From contig ONEZ01000010.1 in assembly GCA_900316995.1 (NCBI GenBank), positions 3,712 to 67,711 on the forward strand: a stretch of 64,000 nt of DNA, read 5' to 3'. A program made the position numbers and the translations under genes. Each line of letters opens with the position of its first letter. Within the stretch, counting starts at the first letter, position 1. The DNA is from an uncultured Bacteroidales bacterium. GTDB lineage: Bacteria; Bacteroidota; Bacteroidia; Bacteroidales; Paludibacteraceae. Positions 18,298 to 28,021 of this stretch are shown in pieces. The notes under the pieces were generated by a model. The model made no database searches, was not told the DNA's origin, and was given only the letters and a program-made list of their open reading frames with translations.

Positions 18298-19548
18298 TCA
18301 GTGCTCCAAAGTTTTTAACAAAGAGTCAAACTGCTCCGCCTGCTTTTTTCTGGAGAATGACTCCACAAAATTTGAATCAGACTCTATGTTCACTACTCCC
18401 TCTGACTTCCAAAGACTATAATATTTTTTTATGTATGCAACCACAGCGTCAGAATCAGTTGCAGAAATTCCACTCTTGGTTTCACTAATAAGTTGTGCCA
18501 GATATGACTCGTCACTGCGTACACAAAGTATGGGTTTGCGTACTGAGAGTGCTTCAAAAAATTTTGTTGTTAAAATTCCATGCGGCCCACCATACTCCAT
18601 TTTGTTTGTGAGCACAAGAATCATACTACTTTCATTTAACAAATCCGGCACTCTATTCTGAGGCACATAATTTTCTATATTAACATACTCAGTAACGCAG
18701 TAATCAGTTGCAAGTTTTCTTAGTTTTTCAGCAGATGAAACGTCTGTATGCCATCTTACAGAAAAATCAGACTCACTAATAACCCCTTGAGATTTCAATT
18801 TTTGCAAAGCCTCAAAGAGAAGCACTGGATTTTGCAAGCTTAAATCAAGTACACGACCCGTATATTCTATTATAAATTTATCTGACTTTAAATGTTTTGG
18901 GAAGAAGAGCTGAGGATCATAACCGTTATAAATCACAGATACCGCCTTGCACTTTGAATCTCTGCCGGCAAGAACTTTTTCAAGCAAGGCCTTATGCCAT
19001 GGAGAAACTGTTGTCACTGCATCTGCTTTAGACACCAACCTGTTACGCTGAACTATAACACTGTAACGTCTTACTTTGTGTGCAAGCGAATTTAATTTCT
19101 GCAATCTGAAAATTTTATGTATGGCAAATTCATGGGCCACAAACTGCTCTATCAGATCTCTAAAATCATACACAAGTGGAGCCTTGCATATTTTTGATAT
19201 TTTATAGGCAGCCTGCATCGGGAATAAGAGAAACGTACTGCAAAGAACAACGTCAAACTTAACATCATGCCAATGTTTAAGAAAAAGAGTAACCAAATCC
19301 CTACTTTTACTGTTAAAGCCTAAATCAAGGAGAAAACCTCCGAGCCATACAAGTTTAGCAGAATGTTTGTAGTATTTTAGCCTCAACACATTTTCTGCGC
19401 AACCGTCAGCAGCACAACCCACATCATCAAGGTCTTCTGTAAGTACATACACATTCCAACCCATACCTTGAAGATATTTGCTAAGCACACCCATTCTTGG
19501 AGCAAAAGCAGGCGGAAATGCGTCACAAACTATCAGCAGATTCTTCAT
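18298..19548 (-). CDS. Glycosyltransferase (GT-B fold, GT4-like)
   Basis: This 416-aa ORF has an N-terminus (LLIVCDAFPPAFAPRMG) and C-terminal half typical of group 1 glycosyltransferases. Confidence 0.65.
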   Translation of the reverse strand: MKNLLIVCDAFPPAFAPRMGVLSKYLQGMGWNVYVLTEDLDDVGCAADGCAENVLRLKYYKHSAKLVWLGGFLLDLGFNSKSRDLVTLFLKHWHDVKFDVVLCSTFLLFPMQAAYKISKICKAPLVYDFRDLIEQFVAHEFAIHKIFRLQKLNSLAHKVRRYSVIVQRNRLVSKADAVTTVSPWHKALLEKVLAGRDSKCKAVSVIYNGYDPQLFFPKHLKSDKFIIEYTGRVLDLSLQNPVLLFEALQKLKSQGVISESDFSVRWHTDVSSAEKLRKLATDYCVTEYVNIENYVPQNRVPDLLNESSMILVLTNKMEYGGPHGILTTKFFEALSVRKPILCVRSDESYLAQLISETKSGISATDSDAVVAYIKKYYSLWKSEGVVNIESDSNFVESFSRKKQAEQFDSLLKTLEH

Positions 19549-20725
19549 ATTCTATTATTTCTTCAAACAAATCCTTATGGTATGAGCAGCTGTAAGTTTT
19601 AGCAACTGATGTGTTATGCCATAACGATACAAATTCTCCTCCAAACTTCAACGCTTCTAACCTTAACTTCTTATATAGAGCAAACGCAGCATCGTGGTCT
19701 AAGTTCATATAATTCTCTTTGCTAAGAGTACAATCCATCACCGCCAAAGGATGCAGCGTAAGCGTTGTAACTTCCTTACGTTCAGGGTCAATCCATTTTA
19801 CCGGGCGGCAGGTTCCAAGCCTGAAACCAGCACAGTCTGCAAAGCCCATCGTGTAATCATCTTTTATTCCTGCATCAATGAGATAACGCATATCTGATGG
19901 CCTCAGCGATGCCAGATAGTGGTGCCTTGATTTTGTAACTTTTGAGCCCGTAATATTTTCAAGGATTTTAACCTCTTCCTTGATTAACTGAGGGTTTAAT
20001 GCAGCCTCATAACTAATATGTAATCCTGCATCGGGATAGAGATTCAGCACCTTTTTCACATCGCCGCCGTATGGATTATAATAAGGTGTATCTTGTGGCA
20101 ATGTTCTACCCGCCACCTTTATAAATGCCATAGCAGACGCATAGTGCAACCTGCTCTCTAAACTTTTCATCCATCCAAATGTAAATAACGGATCATTCTC
20201 CACCCCACCCACAAAAGATTTCAAAGTCGTTTTAACATCTCTACGCAGTAAGCCTCCTGCCAAGCCACGCAAGGTGCGATACTGCGATATGATGTCAGCA
20301 TCGTGAGTCATGACAAAACGGTACTTTGTACTTGAAACTGGTATTTTAACACCACACTCTGCCAACCATTTGCGAAGCAATCTGCCATACTCGTCAACTA
20401 AAGGTCTGTCAAGCCAGCCTATCCTTTTCAGAAGAGAATTTCTTGCTGCAAAACGGCCATGCTCATCACGTTCCTTTACAATAAGCTCCTCATACCGCGA
20501 CAACAAGAAATAGGCGCTTGCCACTATATCAGCCTTCACAAACACCTGACTGTTTGTCCTGCTTACTGAATCTTCACCATAAAGGAAAGGCACACCATCA
20601 ATCTGTTTAAGTGGCAACTCTGGCATTGACTTTTCAGTACCATATAAACCTTCTTTAAAAAAATTTGAAGGTATTATCACCACCTTATACTTTCCCCACT
20701 CACTTTTATCAGCGGTATAACCCAC
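19523..20725 (-). CDS. Polysaccharide deacetylase-like protein (DUF7033/NodB-like); 5' end uncertain or truncated
   Basis: This 400-aa ORF resembles Bacteroides polysaccharide deacetylase family proteins. There is no in-frame ATG between the upstream stop (20801-20803) and the GTG at 20725. The upstream in-frame codons are RVNCQLSTIEYILSFLLDSSKLGNL. Confidence 0.5.
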   Translation of the reverse strand: MGYTADKSEWGKYKVVIIPSNFFKEGLYGTEKSMPELPLKQIDGVPFLYGEDSVSRTNSQVFVKADIVASAYFLLSRYEELIVKERDEHGRFAARNSLLKRIGWLDRPLVDEYGRLLRKWLAECGVKIPVSSTKYRFVMTHDADIISQYRTLRGLAGGLLRRDVKTTLKSFVGGVENDPLFTFGWMKSLESRLHYASAMAFIKVAGRTLPQDTPYYNPYGGDVKKVLNLYPDAGLHISYEAALNPQLIKEEVKILENITGSKVTKSRHHYLASLRPSDMRYLIDAGIKDDYTMGFADCAGFRLGTCRPVKWIDPERKEVTTLTLHPLAVMDCTLSKENYMNLDHDAAFALYKKLRLEALKFGGEFVSLWHNTSVAKTYSCSYHKDLFEEIIEYEESADSL

Positions 20726-20894
20726 CAGATTACCAAGTTTGCTGGAATCAAGCAGAAAAGATAATATGTATTCTATAGTTGACAGTTGACAGTTAACACG
20801 TCACGGAACAGTAGAGCTGTGACGTGATGTTAAAATACTTTGTAAAGATAGTAAAAAAAATTAAAAAGTGTTTTGCGATTCAAAAAAAACGTAT

Positions 20895-20902
20895 TACCTT
20901 TG
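20895..20902 (+). promoter_or_regulatory. TAnnTTTG promoter box (TACCTTTG) for tRNA-Ser
   Basis: This is an exact motif match 10 nt upstream of the tRNA 5' end. Confidence 0.5.
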
Positions 20903-20912
20903 CATCGCTTTC

Positions 20913-20997
20913 GGAGAGATGGTAGAGTGGTCGATTACAGCGGTCTTGAAAACCGCCGTACCGAGAGGTACCGGGGGTTCGAATCCCTCTCTCTCCG
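20913..20997 (+). tRNA. tRNA-Ser (anticodon UGA)
   Basis: The acceptor GGAGAGA pairs with TCTCTCC. It has a long variable arm, the anticodon loop CT-TGA-AA and the T-arm GGTTCGAATCC. Length is 85 nt and CCA is not encoded. Confidence 0.92.
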
Positions 20998-21028
20998 CAA
21001 CGAGGATTTAAGGATTAATCCTATAGCA

Positions 21029-21057
21029 AAACGGGAACCAAAAGTTCCCGTTTTTTT
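21029..21057 (+). terminator. Rho-independent terminator after tRNA-Ser
   Basis: The hairpin aacgggaac-caaaa-gttcccgtt is followed by TTTTTT. Confidence 0.75.
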
Positions 21058-21112
21058 GTATGTACAACTGTGGGCGTTACAAGCTTGCTTGTATAAGAGC
21101 ACAGGTGTATAT

Positions 21113-21140
21113 ACAAAAAAGGAGATGTGAAAACATCTCC
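21113..21140 (-). terminator. Rho-independent terminator of the lipoprotein gene, placed after the 68-bp tandem repeats
   Basis: The hairpin ggagatgt-gaaa-acatctcc is followed on the minus strand by TTTTTT. Confidence 0.65.
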
Positions 21141-21162
21141 GTATACTATAGGATTAATCCCA

Positions 21163-21326
21163 CTCCGAGTTGCAAGGACGCCTGCGGCGTAGCATCAGGG
21201 ATCACGGAGCGCAGCGACGTAATCCCTCTACTCCGAGTTGCAAGGACGCCTGCGGCGTAGCATCAGGGATCACGGAGCGCAGCGACGTAATCCCTCTACT
21301 CCGAGTTGCAAGGACGCCTGCGGCGT
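21163..21326. repeat. Tandem repeat, 68-bp unit x ~2.4 copies
   Basis: The unit ctccgagttgcaaggacgcctgcggcgtagcatcagggatcacggagcgcagcgacgtaatccctcta occurs at 21163-21230 and identically at 21231-21298. A 28-bp partial third copy ends 2 nt before the stop codon of the lipoprotein gene. Confidence 0.95.
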
Positions 21327-21328
21327 GA

Positions 21329-21778
21329 TTATTTCTCCACCATCTTCACCTTCAAACCATCATACTCACGGTCAAGTACTATGAGAGCCATAGGCCGCAT
21401 GCTGTAAGTCATCTTTTCGCCAGTCTTCACGCTATACTCGTACACAAGCTCCCCATTAATAACCTTTACGTCAACAGGCTGAATCTCAGTATAAACATCC
21501 GTAACAGGCAGAACTACAGCCAACACAAACTGCTTGCTAAAGTCAATAGCAGTGGGCGTGCCATCCTTCCCCATCACAGCCGCCATGCCAAACAATTTCT
21601 GGAACTCATCAGCAGAGCTAATCTTAGGATTGTCAGGAATCACAGCTCCGTTTTTGAAAAAATAGTTCTTAGCAACAGTAAAATTCACATTGCTCCCAGC
21701 AGTAGAATTATCTCCACTCTTACAAGAGCAGAAAAGCATAGCACCACACAGCGCCATTATAAAAATCAGTTTCTTCAT
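21329..21778 (-). CDS. Hypothetical lipoprotein
   Basis: It has a signal peptide with a lipobox-like MLFCSC. The 149-aa protein matches no family I recognise. Confidence 0.6.
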   Translation of the reverse strand: MKKLIFIMALCGAMLFCSCKSGDNSTAGSNVNFTVAKNYFFKNGAVIPDNPKISSADEFQKLFGMAAVMGKDGTPTAIDFSKQFVLAVVLPVTDVYTEIQPVDVKVINGELVYEYSVKTGEKMTYSMRPMALIVLDREYDGLKVKMVEK

Positions 21779-21853
21779 ATATCAAAAATTGTTTGTACCT
21801 TGCAAATGTACATTATTTTTACTAAATTTGCACATAGCCTTAAGATTTTGCGC

Positions 21854-23128
21854 ATGAGAAAGCTTCTACTCGCCTTAATAATTTCAACTTCATTTCTAAC
21901 AGCAAATGCAGAGAATACTCTTCTTGTAGGCGGCGATGTCTCCGTCCTGCAAAGTTATGAAGACCACAACGTACCGTACCTTAACAAAGACGGGGATGCA
22001 ATCAGCGATATGCTCACATATCTAAAAAGTGATATTGTAGGCTGGAACGCCTTACGAGTTCGCCTTTTTGTGAATCCGCAGCAAAAAGACGGGGGCTGGC
22101 ACACCGATGCACAAGTCTGCCAAGACCTCAATTACGTAGTAAGATTTTGCAAGAGAGTCAAAGCCGCCGGCTACTCACTGCTGCTTGATTTCCATTACAG
22201 CGACACATGGGCAGACCCCTCAAACCAGTGGATACCAGAATCATGGGCGGAACTTACAGAAGAAGAACTTAAAGAAAAAATATACACCTACACAAAAGAA
22301 TGTCTTCAAGCACTTGTAGATAATGACGCCACGCCAGATTTCATACAAATAGGCAATGAAATATCCTACGGAATGTTATGGAGCGTAGAGCATGACCGCA
22401 CATCGAGGCAGAACCGCTGCTATAGTGATTCATACCCGGCATATTGGACCAGATTCATAAATCTGTTAGGTCAGGCGTCAAAAGCATGCCGTGAAATATG
22501 CCCCGATGCACAAATTGTAATTCACACAGAACGTTCAGGAGATCCATCAGCCCTACAAGACATATACACACGCCTAAGCGGAGTTGATTATGACATAATA
22601 GGGCTCTCCTACTACCCTTTCTGGCACAATTCACTTTCAGTACTGTCAAACTCACTTGAAACCTTGGCCACAAACTTTCCAGAAAAGAGAGTTCACATAG
22701 TGGAAACCGCCTATTACTACCAATACCCAAGTGACATTATTTATGATTTCTCAAACATCTGGCCATACACCCCGGAAGGCCAGGCAAAATTCACAAAAAA
22801 CCTTATTGAGGAGCTAAAAAAACACACTAACGTAGATGCTCTATATTGGTGGTTCCCAGAGGAGAACGGGAACGGGCCAGACAGTTCAGTGCTTACGGGA
22901 TGGATAAACCGCGGATTCTGGAACAACTCCACACATACAGCATTGCCAGGACTCTACATTATGAAAGACTTCCTTGACCGCAGCACAGACGTGGATGAAG
23001 CCTACACTGATGCAGACGCCTCCACACCGCCTGCATACTTTGACCTTATGGGCAGAAAAGTCTCACAGCCTACAGAAGGAATATATATAATGCGTCAAGG
23101 CGGCAAGACAAGCAAAATTCTTAAATAA
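21854..23128 (+). CDS. Arabinogalactan endo-beta-1,4-galactanase (GH53)
   Basis: GGDVSVL, DFHYSDTWADP and IQIGNEISYGMLW match the GH53 catalytic core. I used the ATG at 21854 (MRKLLLALIIS signal peptide). The C-terminal YFDLMGRKV....GIYIMRQGGKTSKILK resembles the end of a T9SS sorting domain. Confidence 0.85.
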   Translation: MRKLLLALIISTSFLTANAENTLLVGGDVSVLQSYEDHNVPYLNKDGDAISDMLTYLKSDIVGWNALRVRLFVNPQQKDGGWHTDAQVCQDLNYVVRFCKRVKAAGYSLLLDFHYSDTWADPSNQWIPESWAELTEEELKEKIYTYTKECLQALVDNDATPDFIQIGNEISYGMLWSVEHDRTSRQNRCYSDSYPAYWTRFINLLGQASKACREICPDAQIVIHTERSGDPSALQDIYTRLSGVDYDIIGLSYYPFWHNSLSVLSNSLETLATNFPEKRVHIVETAYYYQYPSDIIYDFSNIWPYTPEGQAKFTKNLIEELKKHTNVDALYWWFPEENGNGPDSSVLTGWINRGFWNNSTHTALPGLYIMKDFLDRSTDVDEAYTDADASTPPAYFDLMGRKVSQPTEGIYIMRQGGKTSKILK

Positions 23129-23195
23129 GAGGCAAAAAGAGAGCGGCTAAGACTTAATGTCAAAGCCGCTCTAATTTTATAAGCTATATACTAAC

Positions 23196-23540
23196 TTACT
23201 TTACCTTGGCAACAATAGCCTGGAATGCCTGAGGCTCGTTCATTGCAAGGTCAGCAAGAGCCTTGCGGTTGATATCGATGCCTGCCTTGTGAAGAGCACC
23301 CATAAGCTTAGAGTATGACATACCCTCTATGCGTGCAGCAGCATTGATACGCTGAATCCAAAGTGCACGGAAGTTACGTTTTTTAGCTTTTCTGTCACGA
23401 TAAGCATACTGAAGACCCTTCTCCCATGTGTTTTTGGCAACTGTCCAAACATTCTTTCTGGCTCCGTAGTAGCCACGAGTAAGTTTTAATACTTTCTTTC
23501 TTCTTGCTCTTGAAGCAACGTGATTTACTGATCTTGGCAT
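23196..23540 (-). CDS. rplT: 50S ribosomal protein L20
   Basis: [30 protein letters not shown] is canonical bL20. Confidence 0.96.
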   Translation of the reverse strand: MPRSVNHVASRARRKKVLKLTRGYYGARKNVWTVAKNTWEKGLQYAYRDRKAKKRNFRALWIQRINAAARIEGMSYSKLMGALHKAGIDINRKALADLAMNEPQAFQAIVAKVK

Positions 23541-23609
23541 TTTCTTTAAATTTTGATTGTCAGCGTTATCTGTTCAGATAAACTTTAAGGCTGAACATTC
23601 GGTTAATAA

Positions 23610-23807
23610 CTATTTAAGACCCAACAACAATTTTACATTTGACTTATCTGCTTTGTCAACCAGACCTGCGTAAGTAAGGTTACGTTTCTGCTTGGTTGTC
23701 TTCTTAGTCAGAATATGACTCTTGTAAGCGTGTTTTCTCTTGATTTTTCCTGATCCGGTAAGGCTGAACCTTTTTTTGGCACCGGAATTAGTTTTCATTT
23801 TTGGCAT
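23610..23807 (-). CDS. rpmI: 50S ribosomal protein L35
   Basis: [34 protein letters not shown] is canonical bL35. Confidence 0.95.
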   Translation of the reverse strand: MPKMKTNSGAKKRFSLTGSGKIKRKHAYKSHILTKKTTKQKRNLTYAGLVDKADKSNVKLLLGLK

Positions 23808-23837
23808 TGTCTTAAAATATTTAATTAATAAAAAAGT

Positions 23838-24398
23838 TTACTTTTTCTTTTTTGGAGACATGAGTATTGTCATTCTCTTACCCTCAAGAACAGGCATTTG
23901 ATCAACTTTACCATACTCCTCCAAATCATTTGCAAATCTCAGAAGCAGAACCTCACCCTGCTCTTTGAACATAATAGAACGTCCCTTGAAGAATACATAG
24001 GCTTTAAGCTTAGAGCCTTCAGAAAGGAAGTTCTGGGCGTGTTTGAGCTTGAAGTTATAGTCATGATCGTCAGTCTGAGGTCCGAATCTAATCTCCTTGA
24101 CCACAACCTTGGCTGCTTTCTGTTTCTGCTCTTTCTCTTTTTTCTTGAGCTGATACAGAAATTTAGAGTAATCTATAACTTTACAAACTGGAGGAACCGC
24201 CGATGGTGAGATTTCAACCAAATCAAGTTCCTGCTCATCCGCAATTCTAATTGCGTCCTTAATATTGTAGATACCGGGTTCTACATTGTCTCCAACTAAA
24301 CGGACCTCATTCACACCTCTTATAAACTCGTTAATGCGGTGCGGATTTTCTTTTACCGGCCGTCTATTGCCACTTCTCGGTACAAAAGTTTGTGCTAT
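23838..24398 (-). CDS. infC: Translation initiation factor IF-3, probably starting at a non-canonical ATA
   Basis: The track ORF starts at a GTG inside the conserved [16 protein letters not shown] region. The frame is open upstream to a TAA at 24401-24399, and the first codon after it is ATA (24398-24396). IF-3 genes classically use AUU/AUA starts. Confidence 0.85.
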   Translation of the reverse strand: MAQTFVPRSGNRRPVKENPHRINEFIRGVNEVRLVGDNVEPGIYNIKDAIRIADEQELDLVEISPSAVPPVCKVIDYSKFLYQLKKKEKEQKQKAAKVVVKEIRFGPQTDDHDYNFKLKHAQNFLSEGSKLKAYVFFKGRSIMFKEQGEVLLLRFANDLEEYGKVDQMPVLEGKRMTILMSPKKKK

Positions 24399-24519
24399 AG
24401 GTTACGCCCTCCAAGCGTTTAATTAATTGTTTTTAAATACAAAAAAATTGCTGCTTCAAAAATAAGCGTGCAAATATACGACTTATTCTTGAAACAGCAA
24501 AAAGAAAATTCAACTTTTA

Positions 24520-24963
24520 TTAGTCGTACTCAAATTCAGTTATCTGACCATTGGCATTGATCTCAACCTCTGTTCTGTCAGTGAACTTAATCTTGTACTG
24601 ATAGCCATTGTTCTCCATCTTATAGATTCTCTTGTCACCAAAACGGCTGTCAAGAGTCTCTTGAACAATGTCAGGGAGAATCATACGAGGCATGTTACCG
24701 CCTCTTGTAAGCCAAATCTCATCCCAGCCGCCAAGCATGTCAAATTCAACTATAATACCACCCTTAAGGTAAGCCCTGTACTCTGACACACCGTCATCAA
24801 ACTTTTGTGTAGTATTTTTTACAGGATTAGCGGCAAAATACTGGGTTAGGAACTGCTGAGCCTGCTCTGGAAGCTGGCTATAAGAAATCTTAAGTTCTGG
24901 GTCTCTCGCAAGTGCAACCACTGACATGAGTGTTGCAGCAACTAAAATAGCAATCTTTTTCAT
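24520..24963 (-). CDS. Secreted PepSY-like (DUF2874-type) small protein
   Basis: It has a signal peptide (MKKIAILVAATLMSVVALA) and two repeats of the LP..a..fl...f pattern typical of Bacteroides PepSY-like proteins. I used the ATG at 24963. Confidence 0.6.
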   Translation of the reverse strand: MKKIAILVAATLMSVVALARDPELKISYSQLPEQAQQFLTQYFAANPVKNTTQKFDDGVSEYRAYLKGGIIVEFDMLGGWDEIWLTRGGNMPRMILPDIVQETLDSRFGDKRIYKMENNGYQYKIKFTDRTEVEINANGQITEFEYD

Positions 24964-25014
24964 TTCTTTCAAATTTAGTTTAATGTCTGTTAGACTATAT
25001 AAAAATTAAAAAGT

Positions 25015-26964
25015 TTATTTAATAAAGCTTTTTGTCATCTGGTCAACCTCAGTGTTAATCATCTTGGCAAAATCAGATACACTCATAGTGCCTTTGTCTC
25101 CCTCACCCTGACGACGTACAGACACAGCACCCTCCTGCTCTTCCTTCTCACCCACAATAACCATGTAAGGTATGCGCTTCAGCTCATTATCACGTATCTT
25201 ACGGCCAATTTTCTCATTGCGGTCGTCCACAATAACGCGCACATCCTCCATTTCAAGTTGCTCAGCCACCTTGCGGGCGTAATCATTGAAACGCTCACTG
25301 ATAGGCAGGATAGCCACTTGGTCTGGTGTGAGCCAAAGTGGGAACTTACCGCCGGTATGCTCAATAAGCACAGCCACAAAACGCTCCATAGAGCCAAATG
25401 GCGCACGGTGAATCATAACAGGACGGTGTTTCTGATTGTCCTCACCTACATACTCAAGTCCAAAACGCTCAGGCAGGTTATAATCAACCTGAATGGTACC
25501 AAGCTGCCAGCGGCGGCCAATGGCATCCTTAACCATAAAGTCAAGTTTTGGCCCGTAGAATGCAGCCTCACCAGTCTCAACGCGGGCAGGCAGCCCTCTC
25601 AGTTTGCAAGCCTCCACTATGGCGCTTTCAGCCTTCTCCCAAACATCATCAGAACCAATATATTTGCTCTTATTATTAGGGTCACGCAATGAAATCTGAG
25701 CCTCAAAGTTCTTGAAATCAAGGGCGTTGAATATAATAGATATAATATCCATCACCTTAAGGAACTCGTCAAGCAGCTGGTCTGGACGGCAGAAAATGTG
25801 CGCATCATCCTGTGTAAAGCTACGTACACGTGTAAGTCCGTGAAGCTCACCACTCTGCTCATAACGGTAAACAGTACCAAACTCCGCACAGCGGAACGGC
25901 AGATCCTTGTATGAACGAGGTTTGAACTTATATATTTCACAGTGATGAGGGCAGTTCATAGGTTTAAGCAAGTACTCCTCACCCTCCTCAGGTGTATGTA
26001 TTGGCTGGAAAGAATCCTTACCATACTTAGCATAGTGACCCGATGTTACATATAGCACTTTATTACCTATATGAGGAGTCATTACCTGCTGATAGCCAAA
26101 ACGTTTCTGAATTTTCTTAAGGAAATCCTCAAGACGCAGACGCAGCGCAGTTCCCTTTGGTAGCCATAGAGGCAATCCCTTGCCCACTGTATCAGAGAAT
26201 GCAAAGAGTTCCAGCTCCTTGCCTATCTTACGGTGGTCACGTTTCTTAGCCTCCTCCATAAGTGTCACATAGTCATCAAGCATCTTTTTCTTTGGGAAGG
26301 ATATGCCGTAAAGACGTGTAAGCTGCTTACGCTTCTCATCGCCGCGCCAATACGCGCCAGCCACACTTGTAACCTTGAACGCCTTGATTATGCCTGTATT
26401 AACAAGGTGCGGTCCTTTACAAAGGTCAAAGAAACCACCCTGCCTGTATATTGTGATATTACCATCCTGAAGGTCATTGATAAGCTCCAATTTATAATTC
26501 TCGCCACGCTCAGCAAACATCTTCTGAGCATCTGCTTTGCTAACCTCCTCACGAACAAGATTTGCCTTGCGGCCTACAATCTCCATAAACTTTGCCTCAA
26601 TGGCAGGAAAGTCAGACTCCTTGATAACAACGCCGTCACCCGGGTCCACATCGTAGTAGAAACCGTTCTCAATAGCCGGGCCTATACCAAACTGGATACC
26701 TGGATAGAGCTCCTGCAAAGCCTCAGCCATAACGTGAGCTGAAGTGTGCCAGAATGCATGCTTGCCATCTTCATCATCCCACTTCAGCAGGTTTATTGTA
26801 GCATCTGCTGTTATAGGGCGGTTAGCCTCAATTACTTTGTCATCAACTTTTGCGGCAATGACGTCAGCAGCCAGACGAGGGCTGATGCTCTCCGCAATTT
26901 GAAGTGCTGTTACGCCACTCTCATACTGGCGTACAGACCCGTCAGGGAATTTAATATTAATCAT
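25015..26964 (-). CDS. thrS: Threonine--tRNA ligase
   Basis: It has a TGS domain ([13 protein letters not shown]), an editing domain ([10 protein letters not shown]) and class II motifs ([35 protein letters not shown]). I used the ATG at 26964. Confidence 0.96.
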   Translation of the reverse strand: MINIKFPDGSVRQYESGVTALQIAESISPRLAADVIAAKVDDKVIEANRPITADATINLLKWDDEDGKHAFWHTSAHVMAEALQELYPGIQFGIGPAIENGFYYDVDPGDGVVIKESDFPAIEAKFMEIVGRKANLVREEVSKADAQKMFAERGENYKLELINDLQDGNITIYRQGGFFDLCKGPHLVNTGIIKAFKVTSVAGAYWRGDEKRKQLTRLYGISFPKKKMLDDYVTLMEEAKKRDHRKIGKELELFAFSDTVGKGLPLWLPKGTALRLRLEDFLKKIQKRFGYQQVMTPHIGNKVLYVTSGHYAKYGKDSFQPIHTPEEGEEYLLKPMNCPHHCEIYKFKPRSYKDLPFRCAEFGTVYRYEQSGELHGLTRVRSFTQDDAHIFCRPDQLLDEFLKVMDIISIIFNALDFKNFEAQISLRDPNNKSKYIGSDDVWEKAESAIVEACKLRGLPARVETGEAAFYGPKLDFMVKDAIGRRWQLGTIQVDYNLPERFGLEYVGEDNQKHRPVMIHRAPFGSMERFVAVLIEHTGGKFPLWLTPDQVAILPISERFNDYARKVAEQLEMEDVRVIVDDRNEKIGRKIRDNELKRIPYMVIVGEKEEQEGAVSVRRQGEGDKGTMSVSDFAKMINTEVDQMTKSFIK

Positions 26965-27081
26965 TTGTAAAAAAGTTTTAGGCGGGTGATACAAAGCCCG
27001 CATTGTTTTGAAGGTGCAAAGATACGAATAAGCGAGAGCAAATCAAAATAAATTTTTGATTTGCATAAATGATGAGTATTG

Positions 27082-27723
27082 TCACGAGCGAATGCGAGTA
27101 AAGATACAAATATCCTTCAATCCGCACCCCTCACACTTGGGATTGCGGGCGGTGCAGGTGTAGCGTCCAAAGAGAAGAAACCAATGATGGGCTTTTGAAA
27201 GTATCTCCGCAGGAATATTTTTTGTGAGCACCGCCTCCACCTTGGCAGGAGTGTCCTCTTTCTCTGTAACCAGCCCAAGGCGATGTGAGACTCTGAACAC
27301 ATGTGTATCAACAGGCATGGCAGGTTTGCCAAACGCCACCGCCATAACCACATTGGCGGTCTTACGTCCCACTCCGGGCAGTTGGGTCAGCTCCTCCATA
27401 GTCTGCGGCACTACCCCGCCAAACTTCTCAACAAGAGTCTGGGCAAGCCCTTTCAGGTGAGCAGCCTTACTATTTGGGTAGGAAATCTCCTTAATATATT
27501 GGAATATTTCTGCATCGGTGGCACGGCTCATAGCCTCAGCATCAGGGTATGCCGCAAAAAGCGCAGGAGTGTTCTTGTTCACACGCTTGTCTGTACACTG
27601 GGCAGACAGCACCACCGCCACTATCAGTTCAAAAGGGTTTCTGAACTGAAGTTCACTCTCTGCATCGGGAAGCCGCGCCGCCAGCTCCTTCAACACAATA
27701 CTATAGCGCTCTTCTGTAGTCAT
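27082..27723 (-). CDS. nth: Endonuclease III
   Basis: It has the HhH-GPD motif (LTQLPGVGRKTANVV...VDTHV) and a C-terminal 4Fe-4S cluster loop CTARNPKCEGCGLKDIC. Confidence 0.95.
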   Translation of the reverse strand: MTTEERYSIVLKELAARLPDAESELQFRNPFELIVAVVLSAQCTDKRVNKNTPALFAAYPDAEAMSRATDAEIFQYIKEISYPNSKAAHLKGLAQTLVEKFGGVVPQTMEELTQLPGVGRKTANVVMAVAFGKPAMPVDTHVFRVSHRLGLVTEKEDTPAKVEAVLTKNIPAEILSKAHHWFLLFGRYTCTARNPKCEGCGLKDICIFTRIRS

Positions 27724-27983
27724 TATTAATTTTTATTGATTTTTTACCTCTTAATGTTGGTATTGCTTTAATTGCTGTTGCCATACTGATATGATTTGAT
27801 ACGGCAAAGATAGAATACAAATTTTTCCCGTGCAACACCATCAAAAGGCTTTAACGCAAAAACAAAATCTACTATACAAATCCATTTTGCTATATAGCAG
27901 TACACACAAGCAAAAAATAGCTTATTTTCAGCGGAAACACTATAAAAATCACAAGTTTCCGCTGGTTATAAGGCAAAAATTAC

Positions 27984-27991
27984 TATATTTG
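27984..27991 (+). promoter_or_regulatory. TAnnTTTG promoter box (TATATTTG) for the ATPase gene
   Basis: It lies 30 nt upstream of the ATG at 28022. A 10-bp-stem hairpin cagcggaaac...gtttccgctg lies just upstream at 27929-27964. Confidence 0.4.
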
Positions 27992-28021
27992 TAGCGGATT
28001 TAATATAAAACCATAGAGTTT

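Noticed and set aside
20873-21260. Track ORFs 20873-21130 (+) and 21060-21260 (+).
   Set aside because: They run through tRNA-Ser, two terminators and the tandem repeat. They are artefacts of open frames in non-coding DNA.
21163-21326. Possible CRISPR array (regular direct repeats).
   Set aside because: The units are directly contiguous 68-mers with no unique spacers, and there are no cas genes in the window. It is a plain tandem repeat.
27846-27858. A third copy of aaggctttaac (also at 31438 and 34143) as a possible outer boundary of the accessory islet that would include the ATPase gene.
   Set aside because: Only ~11 bp match. That is too short to distinguish from chance in AT-rich intergenic DNA without a genome-wide count.
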